A stretch of DNA of 64,000 nucleotides from Acidobacteriota bacterium (GCA_036507075.1 DASXQR010000017.1:64001-128000), one strand, 5' to 3'; counted from the stretch's first letter, positions 1 to 9,490 are shown. Translations and numbers: made by a program. The notes: generated from the sequence alone by a model not told the origin.

Positions 1-239
1 CATTTTCCATTTTCTCTCTCGAACCGGAATCCCGTGGTAACGGTTCCTTCGGCGACGGCTGAGCTTCCCGTAGGCGAAAAGCTGGTGAACTCGATTGTGG
101 GGCTGAGCGACTCGAGTTCGGTCCCCTGGAGCAGATTGATCGCCAGTTTGTTTGCCTTGCTTTTTCCGGCACACGAGGCCCACAGCATCGCGCCGCCAAT
201 GAGCAATATCGCCGGCCAGAGGATTTCACGCCTTTTCAT
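1..239 (-). CDS. Partial lipoprotein of unknown function (runs off window start)
   Basis: ATG at 239 preceded by AAGGT; MKRREILWPAILLIGGAMLWASC is a signal peptide with lipobox-like Cys; open to window edge. Not in ORF track. Confidence 0.7.
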   Translation of the reverse strand, partial: MKRREILWPAILLIGGAMLWASCAGKSKANKLAINLLQGTELESLSPTIEFTSFSPTGSSAVAEGTVTTGFRFERENGK

Positions 240-302
240 GGCAGCACCTTAATATTTTTTCGCAAATTTCAGTACCCACCTGTTAAGTATAAGTGTACTG
301 AA

Positions 303-2423
303 ATGCCGAATCCTAATTTAAAGCTGGACAACCAGGTTCAATTTCTTAAAGGCGTCGGTCCGCGGCGCGCCTCCGACTTGTCCCGGGAAGGCATCCTTAC
401 CGTCGAAGATCTTTTGCTCTATCTCCCTTTCAGATACGAAGATCGCACCAGCTTCAGAAAAATCAGCTCCCTGCGCGACGGCGACTGGGCCGTGGTTTTT
501 GGGCAGGTGGCGCTGGCGGGTGTTTACCGCACGCCGGTGAGAAAAATGAGCATTTTTGAGGCGGTAGTCCGCGACGACACCGGCACGCTCATTCTGAAAT
601 ACTTCAACCAGCCCTTCATGCGAAACGTGATTCACAATGGAGACTGGCTGGTCGCCTATGGGCAGGTGCGCCGCGACCCCTTTAAATCCAGCTACCTGGC
701 AATGCAAAAGCCGGAGGTGGAAATCATTGAGAATCCGGAGAGCAAGCAGGCGCACGCGGGGCGCATCACTCCCATTTACAGGAGGATCGGCTCGCTCACG
801 GGGAAAGTAATCCGGCAGATTGTATGGGATTTGCTGGCACAGCTTGATGAGGAGCTCCCCCCTCTGGTGCCGCAGAAAGTCGCCGCAAAATGGAAAATGC
901 CCGAAAGAACTGAAGCCGTAATGCGGCTGCACGCTCCTTTGGAAGAATACTCCCGACCCGAAAAACTGGGAGAACTGAACGAGTTCCGGTCCCCGTTCCA
1001 TTTCAGGCTGATCTTTGAGGAATTCTTTTTGTTCCAGACAGGCGTGATGATCGCGCGCGAACAAAAAAAGCAGCGGCTCAAAGGCCGCACGCTGCAGATC
1101 TCCGATTCGATCAGGGCCCGGCTCAAAACGATGCTCCCATTCCATCCCACCGAGGCGCAGAAGAAAACCCTGAAGCAGATCGTTGATGATCTGAAAGGCA
1201 GACATCCCATGAATCGCCTGCTGCAGGGAGATGTGGGAAGCGGCAAAACGATCGTCGCCGCTCAGACGGCGGTGATTGCCGTCGACAATGGATGGCAGGT
1301 GGCGATGATGGCCCCGACCGAGATTCTGGCAGAACAGCATTACCAGACATTCCGGCGACTGGTCGCGCCTCTCGGGGTTGAAACGGCCCTGCTTACATCG
1401 GCGGTCAGCAAGAAAGAGCGCACCGCGATTCTGAAATCGCTGGAGGCGGGTAAAGTGAGCCTGGTAATCGGGACTCACGCTTTGATTCAGGAAAAAGTGA
1501 ATTTTGCCAATCTCGGCTTGGCGATCATCGACGAGCAGCAACGGTTCGGGGTGATGCAAAGATCGGCTCTGATGGAGAAGGGAGAAAACGTCGACGTTCT
1601 GATCATGACCGCTACACCTATTCCCCGCTCGCTGGCCATGGTGCAATACGGGGACCTGGATGTTTCTGTGATCGACCAACTGCCGCCCGGACGGAAGCCC
1701 GTGCGCACGGTGCTGAAAGCCGAAACCAGCCGGGAGGAAGTTTACAACCTGATTTACCGGCAAGTCGCGGCCGGGAGGCAGGCGTACGTCGTGTATCCAC
1801 TGATTGAAGAGTCGGAGAAGATCGATTTGCGCGCCGTCAAGGCCATGGGAGAGGAATTGCGGCAGCGCTTCCGTAATTTTGAAGTCGGTGTCCTTCATGG
1901 CCGTATGAAACCGCCGGAGAAGGAGGAGCTGATGGAGAAATTCTCGACGGGAGAGGTACAGATCCTTGCAGCCACCACTGTGATCGAGGTCGGTATTGAT
2001 GTTCCCAACGCCAGCCTGATGGTCATCGAGCACGCAGAAAGATTCGGCCTGTCCCAGCTCCATCAACTGCGGGGGCGGGTGGGGCGTGACGCGAGGGAAT
2101 CCATTTGCGTGCTTCTCGTCGATCGTGTTGCCTCACAGGAGGCATGGGAGCGACTGCAAATCATGAAGGAAACGCAGGACGGATTCCTGATCGCGGAAAA
2201 AGACCTGGAAATCCGGGGGCCAGGAGAGTTCGCCGGGACGCGCCAGTCAGGCGTTCCTCTGTTTCGCCATGGCAACCTGGTGCGCGACCGGAAGATCATG
2301 GAGCTGGCGCGCGAAGAAGCGCGCTTGTTCCTGCAAGGATTGAGCGGCGCTGAAAGACAGCAATACATCGTGAACATGAGACAGGTCTGGAAGGACCGTT
2401 TTCATTTGAGCCGGGTGGGTTGA
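303..2423 (+). CDS. recG: ATP-dependent DNA helicase RecG
   Basis: LLQGDVGSGKT, DEQQRFG, MTATPIPRSL, QLHQLRGRVGR motifs; N-terminal wedge domain. Confidence 0.97.
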   Translation: MPNPNLKLDNQVQFLKGVGPRRASDLSREGILTVEDLLLYLPFRYEDRTSFRKISSLRDGDWAVVFGQVALAGVYRTPVRKMSIFEAVVRDDTGTLILKYFNQPFMRNVIHNGDWLVAYGQVRRDPFKSSYLAMQKPEVEIIENPESKQAHAGRITPIYRRIGSLTGKVIRQIVWDLLAQLDEELPPLVPQKVAAKWKMPERTEAVMRLHAPLEEYSRPEKLGELNEFRSPFHFRLIFEEFFLFQTGVMIAREQKKQRLKGRTLQISDSIRARLKTMLPFHPTEAQKKTLKQIVDDLKGRHPMNRLLQGDVGSGKTIVAAQTAVIAVDNGWQVAMMAPTEILAEQHYQTFRRLVAPLGVETALLTSAVSKKERTAILKSLEAGKVSLVIGTHALIQEKVNFANLGLAIIDEQQRFGVMQRSALMEKGENVDVLIMTATPIPRSLAMVQYGDLDVSVIDQLPPGRKPVRTVLKAETSREEVYNLIYRQVAAGRQAYVVYPLIEESEKIDLRAVKAMGEELRQRFRNFEVGVLHGRMKPPEKEELMEKFSTGEVQILAATTVIEVGIDVPNASLMVIEHAERFGLSQLHQLRGRVGRDARESICVLLVDRVASQEAWERLQIMKETQDGFLIAEKDLEIRGPGEFAGTRQSGVPLFRHGNLVRDRKIMELAREEARLFLQGLSGAERQQYIVNMRQVWKDRFHLSRVG

Positions 2424-2996
2424 GTGCGCATCATCGCCGGCCGGTATCGAGGCAGGGTTCTTCAGTCCTTTCGCGGTCACGAGATTCGTCCCACCAGCGA
2501 TCGCCTGCGCGAATCGCTCTTCAATATTCTTCAGGCGCGCGTGGAAAGGGCTGCCGTGTGGGATGCATTCGCCGGGACGGGCGCTCTTGGCCTGGAAGCG
2601 CTCAGCCGTGGCGCTTCCCATGTGGTGTTTACGGAAAAGGATCGATCCGCCCTGAAAATATTGAAAAAGAATATTGAAATTCTGAACGCAGGCGACCTGG
2701 TGGAAGTGATTGAAGCGGATGCGGTCCGTTGGGCCAGATCCGCCGGGACTCATTTCGATCTGGTTTTTGTCGACCCCCCCTATGATTTCAAGTTGTATCT
2801 GGAGCTGGCCGACGCCATCCGCGACTCGGGTGTCTGCGGGCCGGAAAGTCTGGTGGTCATCGAGCACTCCAGGCGCTCACAGACGGCCAGCCGGCTGACG
2901 GAACAACTCACGCCCTACCGCCAGGTGCGGCAGGGAGACACCGTTATTTCGTTTTTCGCGGGATCGGAGTTCAGCCCTCCGCCGCAGCCGAAGTGA
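2424..2996 (+). CDS. rsmD: 16S rRNA (guanine966-N2)-methyltransferase RsmD
   Basis: MRIIAG, RPTSDRLRESLFNIL, DAFAGTGALGLEALSRGA, FVDPPY. Confidence 0.95.
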   Translation: MRIIAGRYRGRVLQSFRGHEIRPTSDRLRESLFNILQARVERAAVWDAFAGTGALGLEALSRGASHVVFTEKDRSALKILKKNIEILNAGDLVEVIEADAVRWARSAGTHFDLVFVDPPYDFKLYLELADAIRDSGVCGPESLVVIEHSRRSQTASRLTEQLTPYRQVRQGDTVISFFAGSEFSPPPQPK

Positions 2997-3534
2997 CCTG
3001 CAGCCGGGCGATATAGGGCAGGTTACCGTAGCGATCGCGATAATCCAGCCCGTATCCCACCACGTAATCTTCGCCGACGGTGAATCCTCTATATTCCACG
3101 GGAACATCGATAATGCGGATCGATCGCCTGTCAAGGAGCGCGCAAACAGCCAGCTCGCCCGGATGGCGCGCTTTCAGGTTCTTAAGCAGGTAGTTGGTTG
3201 TGAAGCCGGTGTCCACGATATCCTGAACCATCAGAATGCTCTTGCCGCTGATGTCCTGATCGATATCTTTCAGAATCCGAACCCCTCTGGCGGGTTGTTC
3301 CTTCTTGAATCGTGTGATGGCCAGGAAGTCTACCTGCACCGGCAGGTCGATGTTTCGAATCAAGTCGCACGCAAAAACAGTCGCGTTCTTCAAAACCGCA
3401 ATCACGAGCGGCGGGTCGTTTCGGTAGGCCAGTGTAATTTCATTTCCCAACTCGGCCACCCTGCGCCCGAGCGCCTCGGCTGAGAAGAGAACTTCGCCGA
3501 CTTCAGATTCCGAGTTTGAGCAGGAGGCTTTCAA
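2971..3534 (-). CDS. Hypoxanthine phosphoribosyltransferase-like protein with non-canonical active site
   Basis: MVQDIVDTGFT PRPP loop, LLDR, YVVGYGLDY..YGNLPYI; TTG start uncertain, lies inside upstream gene. Confidence 0.85.
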   Translation of the reverse strand: MKASCSNSESEVGEVLFSAEALGRRVAELGNEITLAYRNDPPLVIAVLKNATVFACDLIRNIDLPVQVDFLAITRFKKEQPARGVRILKDIDQDISGKSILMVQDIVDTGFTTNYLLKNLKARHPGELAVCALLDRRSIRIIDVPVEYRGFTVGEDYVVGYGLDYRDRYGNLPYIARLQVTSAAAEG

Positions 3535-3868
3535 AATTCCTTTTATAGATGATAACCAGGCTGACTTCGGGGTAAGTTTGTCGAAAGAGGCGGATCTTCC
3601 GATTTTTCCGCGTGACGAGCCTCTGCTTCAAAGTCGTAACTTCAACATAGACGTCGTATTCGGGGAGATAAAAATCGGGAGTGAAACTCTCGGTAACGAT
3701 GCCCGAGCCGTTGCGCCTGAGGGGGAAGCAGACAGCCTCATAGAGCCACGTTATTCCATAGAAGGTCAGAAGATCGGCAAAATCACTTTCGCTGGTGTGA
3801 GCAAAGGGTAGCGAGCAGTGCGCTGAATCCTGGGGAAAGTCTTGAAGGGCTTCGAGTTTGGTTTCCAA
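3503..3868 (-). CDS. Small PD-(D/E)xK-like nuclease-fold protein
   Basis: FAHTSE..FADLLTFYGITWLYE...FTPDFYLPEYDVYVEVTT..VTRKNRK; GAGG RBS before TTG. Confidence 0.7.
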   Translation of the reverse strand: METKLEALQDFPQDSAHCSLPFAHTSESDFADLLTFYGITWLYEAVCFPLRRNGSGIVTESFTPDFYLPEYDVYVEVTTLKQRLVTRKNRKIRLFRQTYPEVSLVIIYKRNFESLLLKLGI

Positions 3869-4002
3869 TACCTCGTCCTTGTTGGGATTGTAGGGACTGA
3901 CCGGGATGGTGTCAAGGCGGAATGCGGAGCCAGAGAGAAAGCGGCAGAACCGCTGCTATCTCTGCACGAGTTCTGAGACAGCCTCGCTTTGTTTTCCGCG
4001 CC

Positions 4003-4254
4003 CTACTCCTCCCCTTTTCTGCGACGGATTCCTGCCAGCAGTTCGAGAATCGCTGCCGCGACCGCATGGGGCTGGCTACCGGCGATTAGATGATCGCTGC
4101 CGGGGACAATTTGCCATGTACCTCGCGTGGAGCGCCGAGACAGGCGCTACTGGAGATCGCGCCACTCGGGACCGTGCGCTGCGGCGTACGAATCCCAACC
4201 GGGAGGAAGTAACCCCGCTGGTCTATCGTGACTCAGAACGACCAGGGGTACATC
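4003..4254 (-). pseudogene. C-terminal remnant of an alpha/beta-hydrolase with in-frame TAG
   Basis: Manual translation DVPLVVLSHD...WRDLQ*RLSRRSTRGTWQIVPGSDHLIAGSQPHAVAAAILELL; TAG at 4147-4149; no N-terminal part. Confidence 0.7.
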
Positions 4255-4345
4255 GGCTCTGCGGTGAACATAATGTAGCCGTCTCCATTCTGTTCCGATT
4301 CGGGCAACACGCTCTTCGGCGCGCGGCTCTGACTGTGACTCTCCT

Positions 4346-6862
4346 TCACTCTCCGGCTCCTCGCGCTCTCTCTTCCGCCTTCCGCCTTCTTCTCCGTGTG
4401 TAAGCCAATCGCCCGCTGACTATTGCCAGCGGCACGATCAGGCTCAAAAAGTCGCCGGCCATGCGGTGCATCTGAGAGGCATGAGCGTAGTGCGGTGCGA
4501 TCAGCACATAGGGTCCCCAAAAATAAGGGCTCGCCATGGAAACAACATGCGTCTGGACCGGATAGGATTTCGCTCGAAATTTCAGGCGGGCCCTTCGAAA
4601 ATTCGCGGCAAGCTCTGATTCAACCAGCGGAAGACGGTAAAAATCCGCCAGGATCAGGCTCGAGTGCTGGTCAATCGGCCAGAGCGTCGCGATGATCTGT
4701 CGCGCGCCCGCCGTTTGAAAAGCAGCGGACAGCCCAAGCAGGCCGTTTCCGTAGCCGGAAACTTCCCCTGCCGACTCGCAGGAGCTGAGAACGACCAGGC
4801 GGTAGGAGAGCGACGTGTGCGCGATCTGGCGCGCAGTAACCGGTTCGCCGCCGGCAAGCATCGAGAGCGCGGGAAAAGTCTGGTTCAGAAGCGAGTGTCC
4901 TGCGTAATGCAGCGTATCCCGATTCATGGTCCTGGCTTCCTCCCAGTTGCGGGCGATCTTTGTGTCGGCCGGCAAAAAGGAACGGTCCGAATTGGATTCT
5001 TCCATCCAGGCGGTAAAAGTTTTCAGGGAATCTTCAGTGCCCGGAGGAAATCTCAGCGTTGACCAGTAACGAATGGAAGCCCGATCCAACAGCGCCTGAC
5101 CTCCACCTGATTCAAGGATTTCGAATGGAATAGCGTGTAACTGCCCGTCTGGAAGTAATGTCCAACAGTCCGTATTGTCGAGATGTCTCTCCAGAGGTCG
5201 TATCAGGATGTCGAAAAGCTGCCGCGAGGCATGCCGGTTGTAATTGGGTGCCAGCAGGTTGGAGGTCGCAACCATCGAGCCGAGTAGCGTGTCTATAAGA
5301 GGCAGACACTTCTCCGGAGGACACGAAAGAGGAACAAAGTCGATTCTGTTGCGACGGATAATCCACGCCATTAGCTGTTCGCGTGTGAAACAAAAATCGA
5401 TTACCGCGCACGAAGGGCCCAGAGTCTGCTGCAGCGCGGCGATATCGACTTGCTTATCGCGCCGTGTATGACTCCTAGCCATCTCCCAGACCAGTAAAGC
5501 GGAATGCCAACGGTTCTGTCGAATCAGGCTTACGGTCCATAGACGAGCCACTTCCAGCAGGCGGCTGGTAAAATTGAATTCAAAGTCGGCAATGCTGCTT
5601 TCGCCGGCGAGCAGATTAAAAGCATTTCGAGCCGATATTGCAGCAGCCGGGTAGTTTCCTTCCGCCAGTTGGATCCGTGCCAGCAAATGCTGCATGCGCC
5701 AACGACCCGGATCGCCCGCCGGCAACCTGGATTCGAGCTGGCGCAGCAGATTCGAAGCCTCTGAGGCTGAATCAAGCGACATCAGGCGATCGCACACGGC
5801 GTCGGAGACGAATTCCGGATTGTTCACCAGCAGCGCCTGCCTCAGGGCGATCTGCGACAAATGAGCCGCCTGGCGATCCTGATGCAGGGCGCGAAAATAA
5901 TGCTGCCGCAATGTGAGCCTCTGAAAGTAGGCGTTCGAACCGGCTGGCAACCGGCGATCCAGAAGTTCACCGGCCTCCCCGGCCCTGTTGAGCATCAGCA
6001 GACATTCGGCGACGTTGTTTTGGACAATGGGAAAGTTAACGTGGTGTTTCGGAAGTGTCGCCAGGCAGCGCCGATAGAATGTGAGGGCGGCCTGAAGGTT
6101 TCCGCATTCCTTGTGCAGCTCAGCCAGGTTGTTTGCTTCCGTGGCTACGCCTTCGGAATAACCGATTGCAGAATGGAGCTCGAGCGCCGCCTGGTAATGC
6201 TTGAGCGCCTGATAGAAAAGACCTTGCTTCTGAGCTACTGCTCCCAGGTTCTCCTGAATCATTCCGTCCAGGTGGGTGGGCTTCCCCGGAGTTCTCAATT
6301 CCCAACTTCGCAAGAGGTATTTTCTGGCCTCCTGCAGTCGAGCCTGGTCGACCAGCGTGTAGCCGATCAGAAAGAGAAGATGATGCTGTTGCCAGCGTAG
6401 TGCATAGCTTTGCGCCGCTTCCAGAGCCTCCCGGAAATGCTTTTGCGCCGCCGCCAGATTGCCCGTTGACAGGTCACGCCAGCCCTGCTCTTTGTGTGAA
6501 TAAACAAGGGCCAGCGCATCGGGATCTTCGGCCTCGATCCGATGCAGGCTCTGATTCTTCAGGCGAGGCTGCAATGCCCTGACGGCATTACGGCAGATCT
6601 CAGTCGAGCCGGATTGCGTAACCAAAAATCTCTCGAAGGCCTTGCAGGCTTCGTTCTGATTCGCAAGAAAAATCCTTTCTGCCCGGCTGATATGCGAGAC
6701 TTTCAGAGCGCGAATAAAGCTTGCCCCTTCGTCGGCCAAAGCGCTGGAGCCGGCCAGGAGGACGCACGTGATGCACAACAATGGGCTGAGGGTCCGCTTG
6801 CTGACGCGCGCGGCTTGGTTAAAGATTTCACGCATGGCAGGCAGCCGCCTGAAACGAGTCAC
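4346..6862 (-). CDS. TPR- and CHAT (caspase-like protease) domain protein
   Basis: TPR-like helices; LPDGQLHAIPFEIL, LHYAGHS (His), VVLSSCES (Cys), AGARQIIATLWPI, PYFWGPYVLI; hydrophobic segments near both termini. Confidence 0.9.
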   Translation of the reverse strand: MTRFRRLPAMREIFNQAARVSKRTLSPLLCITCVLLAGSSALADEGASFIRALKVSHISRAERIFLANQNEACKAFERFLVTQSGSTEICRNAVRALQPRLKNQSLHRIEAEDPDALALVYSHKEQGWRDLSTGNLAAAQKHFREALEAAQSYALRWQQHHLLFLIGYTLVDQARLQEARKYLLRSWELRTPGKPTHLDGMIQENLGAVAQKQGLFYQALKHYQAALELHSAIGYSEGVATEANNLAELHKECGNLQAALTFYRRCLATLPKHHVNFPIVQNNVAECLLMLNRAGEAGELLDRRLPAGSNAYFQRLTLRQHYFRALHQDRQAAHLSQIALRQALLVNNPEFVSDAVCDRLMSLDSASEASNLLRQLESRLPAGDPGRWRMQHLLARIQLAEGNYPAAAISARNAFNLLAGESSIADFEFNFTSRLLEVARLWTVSLIRQNRWHSALLVWEMARSHTRRDKQVDIAALQQTLGPSCAVIDFCFTREQLMAWIIRRNRIDFVPLSCPPEKCLPLIDTLLGSMVATSNLLAPNYNRHASRQLFDILIRPLERHLDNTDCWTLLPDGQLHAIPFEILESGGGQALLDRASIRYWSTLRFPPGTEDSLKTFTAWMEESNSDRSFLPADTKIARNWEEARTMNRDTLHYAGHSLLNQTFPALSMLAGGEPVTARQIAHTSLSYRLVVLSSCESAGEVSGYGNGLLGLSAAFQTAGARQIIATLWPIDQHSSLILADFYRLPLVESELAANFRRARLKFRAKSYPVQTHVVSMASPYFWGPYVLIAPHYAHASQMHRMAGDFLSLIVPLAIVSGRLAYTRRRRRKAEERARGAGE

Positions 6863-7530
6863 CGTCTTATTCTCCGCAGGAGGGACTTGGCTTGATCAGT
6901 GAACTCACCCGAACCGCCAGCCAGCTTCTCCAAGACGGCTTTTGCCCCATTTCGGTCTCCTTGTTTGAGCCGGCCATTTGCAAGGTACCACTGGACTCTG
7001 TCGTCGCCCGGATTGCGGGTGGCAAGCTGTGTAAGGATGCGCTCGGATTCTGAGTATTTTCCCAGCACGTACTCGACATTGGCCAGGTAAAAGGCGGCAT
7101 CGTAATTGAGAGGATCCGCGGCCAGATACCGCTGGAATTTGCTTTCGGCCAGGGGCCAGTTTCGGTTCGAATATGCCCGCATGGCCTCGAGAAACTCGCT
7201 GCTCACCCGGGACGTTCTCAATTCCGGAGGAACCAAGGGATATGGAGTGTTAACGGCAAGCTGGCGAGGACTCGGTGCCCTTAGACCCACCCAAAATCCC
7301 AGCAGCACCATAAACACGATGGCCGCTGCGATTGGCCAGACGAGCGCATGCGGCCTGGAATGTTTCTTCAGCCGCTGCAATTCCGTTCGGTTTTGCCGGA
7401 TTTCCATCAACAGGAGCAACCGCTCGTGACAGTCGGGGCACTGTTCCAGGTGCCCGGCTACAGCCGCCGTGTGGTCAGGGTCCAGGTCAGAATTTAAGAA
7501 TCCGGTCAGGTCTGCGTCTTCACATTTCAT
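6859..7530 (-). CDS. Zinc-finger (ZAS) anti-sigma factor with TM helix and C-terminal TPR
   Basis: HLEQCPDC (HxxxCxxC), TM segment WPIAAAIVFMVLLGFWV, TPR-like C-terminus; directly after ECF sigma. Confidence 0.85.
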   Translation of the reverse strand: MKCEDADLTGFLNSDLDPDHTAAVAGHLEQCPDCHERLLLLMEIRQNRTELQRLKKHSRPHALVWPIAAAIVFMVLLGFWVGLRAPSPRQLAVNTPYPLVPPELRTSRVSSEFLEAMRAYSNRNWPLAESKFQRYLAADPLNYDAAFYLANVEYVLGKYSESERILTQLATRNPGDDRVQWYLANGRLKQGDRNGAKAVLEKLAGGSGEFTDQAKSLLRRIRR

Positions 7531-7532
7531 AC

Positions 7533-8081
7533 TTACATAACTTCCCAAAGGTTCTTTTTGCGAAGATTTTTTCTAATTTTATCTAACCCATTGTTAAGAC
7601 GGCTCTTAAGAGTAGACGACGGCACTCCCGTCGACTGGCTGAGCGCCGCCAGCGTGGGTGGTGACTCACTCAGGACCAGAGCATCAATTACCAGGCGCTG
7701 CTCCGGGGGCAGGCTTTCAATCTCACGCATGATTTCCTGCAGGCGACGACTCTTCAGGCTTTCCTCTTCCGACCGCACCACCTGCCGAAGCGGTGAGGAT
7801 GAACCCAGTTCGGACACTCGGTCCGCCATCTGAAGGTCCTGATCCTGCAGTTGCCGGCGCCTGCGATGGTAGTGGTCGATGGAAACATTCGTGACCACCT
7901 TCTTAAGATAGAGCAGGGCTTCCTCGGGTGTGCTGATCAGGGTTTTGGATTTAAGGGCGCGAACAAAAGCTTCCTGTGTAACTTCATCCACATAGTCGGT
8001 GTGGCGGAGAATCGCGTAGGCGATGTGTCGGAACAACCGCAGGTGGGATGTCCAGAGATCTTCCAGCAGGCCGGGATCCAT
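7533..8081 (-). CDS. ECF-type RNA polymerase sigma factor
   Basis: Region 2 (DEVTQEAFVRAL...YLKKVVTNVSIDHYHRR) and region 4 (LPPEQRLVI...TGVPSSTLKSRL); start 8081 or 8093. Confidence 0.88.
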   Translation of the reverse strand: MDPGLLEDLWTSHLRLFRHIAYAILRHTDYVDEVTQEAFVRALKSKTLISTPEEALLYLKKVVTNVSIDHYHRRRRQLQDQDLQMADRVSELGSSSPLRQVVRSEEESLKSRRLQEIMREIESLPPEQRLVIDALVLSESPPTLAALSQSTGVPSSTLKSRLNNGLDKIRKNLRKKNLWEVM

Positions 8082-8090
8082 ATCCGCTCT

Positions 8091-8206
8091 CAAATGTGGA
8101 TTTCGGAATGCGGAATGCGGAATGTATCCAGGTCAAATTCTCAAAGCTGAAACCCAATCACTCCCTATTCCACATTCCGCATTCCACATTCCGCATTCCG
8201 CATTTG
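8091..8206. repeat. Inverted heptamer-array element (ATGCGGA)n...(TTCCGCA)n
   Basis: Two short heptamer arrays in inverted orientation around a unique spacer. Confidence 0.9.
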
Positions 8207-8254
8207 GACATACGGCTAGAAAAATCGAAAAACCGCGAAGTTAAGGCCCTGCAA

Positions 8255-8620
8255 TTAAGGTCCGGGCTTTGACCGGCCCCTCTGGTTATCAATCTTATGC
8301 GTCTGTTCGATGAATCTGAGTAGTAAATGCTTGTGTTCCGGCGTCAAACCCTTCCACAAAAGAACGACCTTCTTCAATTCTTTATCCAGCCTGGGGGGAA
8401 TGATTTCGAATTCCGCCTGAGGGACGGGAAAAAAGTCTCGAACGCCGACTTCCAGAGCTTCAGCCAGCTTCAGCATGGTGGCAAGTGTCGGGCTGGTATG
8501 ATCATTTTCGACGCGCGAAATATAGTAGACGTCCGTCTTCATTCGCTGGGCAATCTGCTTTTGGGTGAATTTCTTTTCTTCGCGAATTTCCCGGACACGC
8601 TCGCCGAAACTCTTCGGCAT
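8255..8620 (-). CDS. XRE-family HTH transcriptional regulator
   Basis: FGERVREIREEKKFTQKQIAQRM...YISRVENDHTSPTLATMLKLAEALEV. Confidence 0.92.
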   Translation of the reverse strand: MPKSFGERVREIREEKKFTQKQIAQRMKTDVYYISRVENDHTSPTLATMLKLAEALEVGVRDFFPVPQAEFEIIPPRLDKELKKVVLLWKGLTPEHKHLLLRFIEQTHKIDNQRGRSKPGP

Positions 8621-8727
8621 TTCTCCGCTCCTTTGGGGAAAACATGGAAAATCGTCGGACCGAAGGGTGCTTGAAAAAAAATCTAAAATTTCGTCGCAAA
8701 TTTTGATTGCGCTCAGTTATATAGTGC

Positions 8728-8967
8728 GTGGACCCAGAAATCAACAAGCTAAAGAGTGAAGTGGCGGTGCTGCTCGCCTTCAATCGAACACGTCTGGACA
8801 AGACTCGCTGGGCTTCAATTCAGCAACTGCTGCACGACTCGGTAAACCGCAACGGGCCCCCGCCCGGGCTGCACGGAAAGCTTCTGAGAGAACGTGATTA
8901 TTTGCAGGAGATTATTGAAGAGGCCCGTAGAAGGGAAGCTGCTATAATGTCGCGGCGATTGTTATGA
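8728..8967 (+). CDS. Small hypothetical protein divergent from XRE regulator
   Basis: 79-aa helical-looking ORF whose stop overlaps the coaD start (ATGA); no motif recognised. Confidence 0.45.
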   Translation: MDPEINKLKSEVAVLLAFNRTRLDKTRWASIQQLLHDSVNRNGPPPGLHGKLLRERDYLQEIIEEARRREAAIMSRRLL

Positions 8968-9476
8968 ACCTGTCCCGCGGCGTCATCGCCATCTATCCGG
9001 GCTCCTTTGATCCCATCACGAACGGCCACCTCGATATCGTGGAGCGTTGTGCGGCGCTGTTTGAGGAAGTAATCGTCGCCATCCTGGGAAACCCGGAGAA
9101 GAATCCGTTGTTTACCATGCAGGAACGAGTCGAGATGCTCCGGAACGTAACCAGCGCCTGGAAAAATGTTTCTGTGGACACTTTTGACGGCCTGCTGGTC
9201 GATTACGCGCGCCGGAAGGGCGCCCGGGTGATCATCCGAGGCATCCGCGCTGTTTCCGATTATGAGTATGAACTGCAGATGGCTTTGATGAACCGCCGTC
9301 TGGATGACAGAATTGAAACCGTCTTTCTGATGCCCGCCGAATCCTATTCGTACCTCAGTTCCCGCCTGGTGAAAGAGGTCTTCCTGCTGGGCGGAAATGT
9401 GAGCGGCCTGGTTCCCCCCCTGGTCGAAGCCGCACTGGCCCAGAAAATCAAGCGCCCGGCGGCAGCCAGACGATAG
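8964..9476 (+). CDS. coaD: Pantetheine-phosphate adenylyltransferase
   Basis: [45 protein letters not shown] at 8943-8948. Confidence 0.97.
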   Translation: MNLSRGVIAIYPGSFDPITNGHLDIVERCAALFEEVIVAILGNPEKNPLFTMQERVEMLRNVTSAWKNVSVDTFDGLLVDYARRKGARVIIRGIRAVSDYEYELQMALMNRRLDDRIETVFLMPAESYSYLSSRLVKEVFLLGGNVSGLVPPLVEAALAQKIKRPAAARR

Positions 9477-9490
9477 AAATTCAGGACTTG

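Noticed and set aside
318..2066. Long antisense ORFs (also 49906-51318, 45739-46938, 39914-40819, 31928-32788)
   Set aside because: Shadows of well-supported genes on the opposite strand in GC-rich DNA
3503..3534. Programmed frameshift fusing the nuclease-like and HPRT-like ORFs
   Set aside because: No convincing slippery site with stimulator; an overlapping TTG start is a simpler explanation, though fusion is not excluded
4147..4149. Pyrrolysine read-through of the TAG
   Set aside because: The gene lacks its N-terminus and start, no pyl genes are visible, and other TAGs act as normal stops
3906..4403. 165-aa plus-strand ORF
   Set aside because: No motif; overlaps the minus-strand hydrolase remnant, which explains the region better
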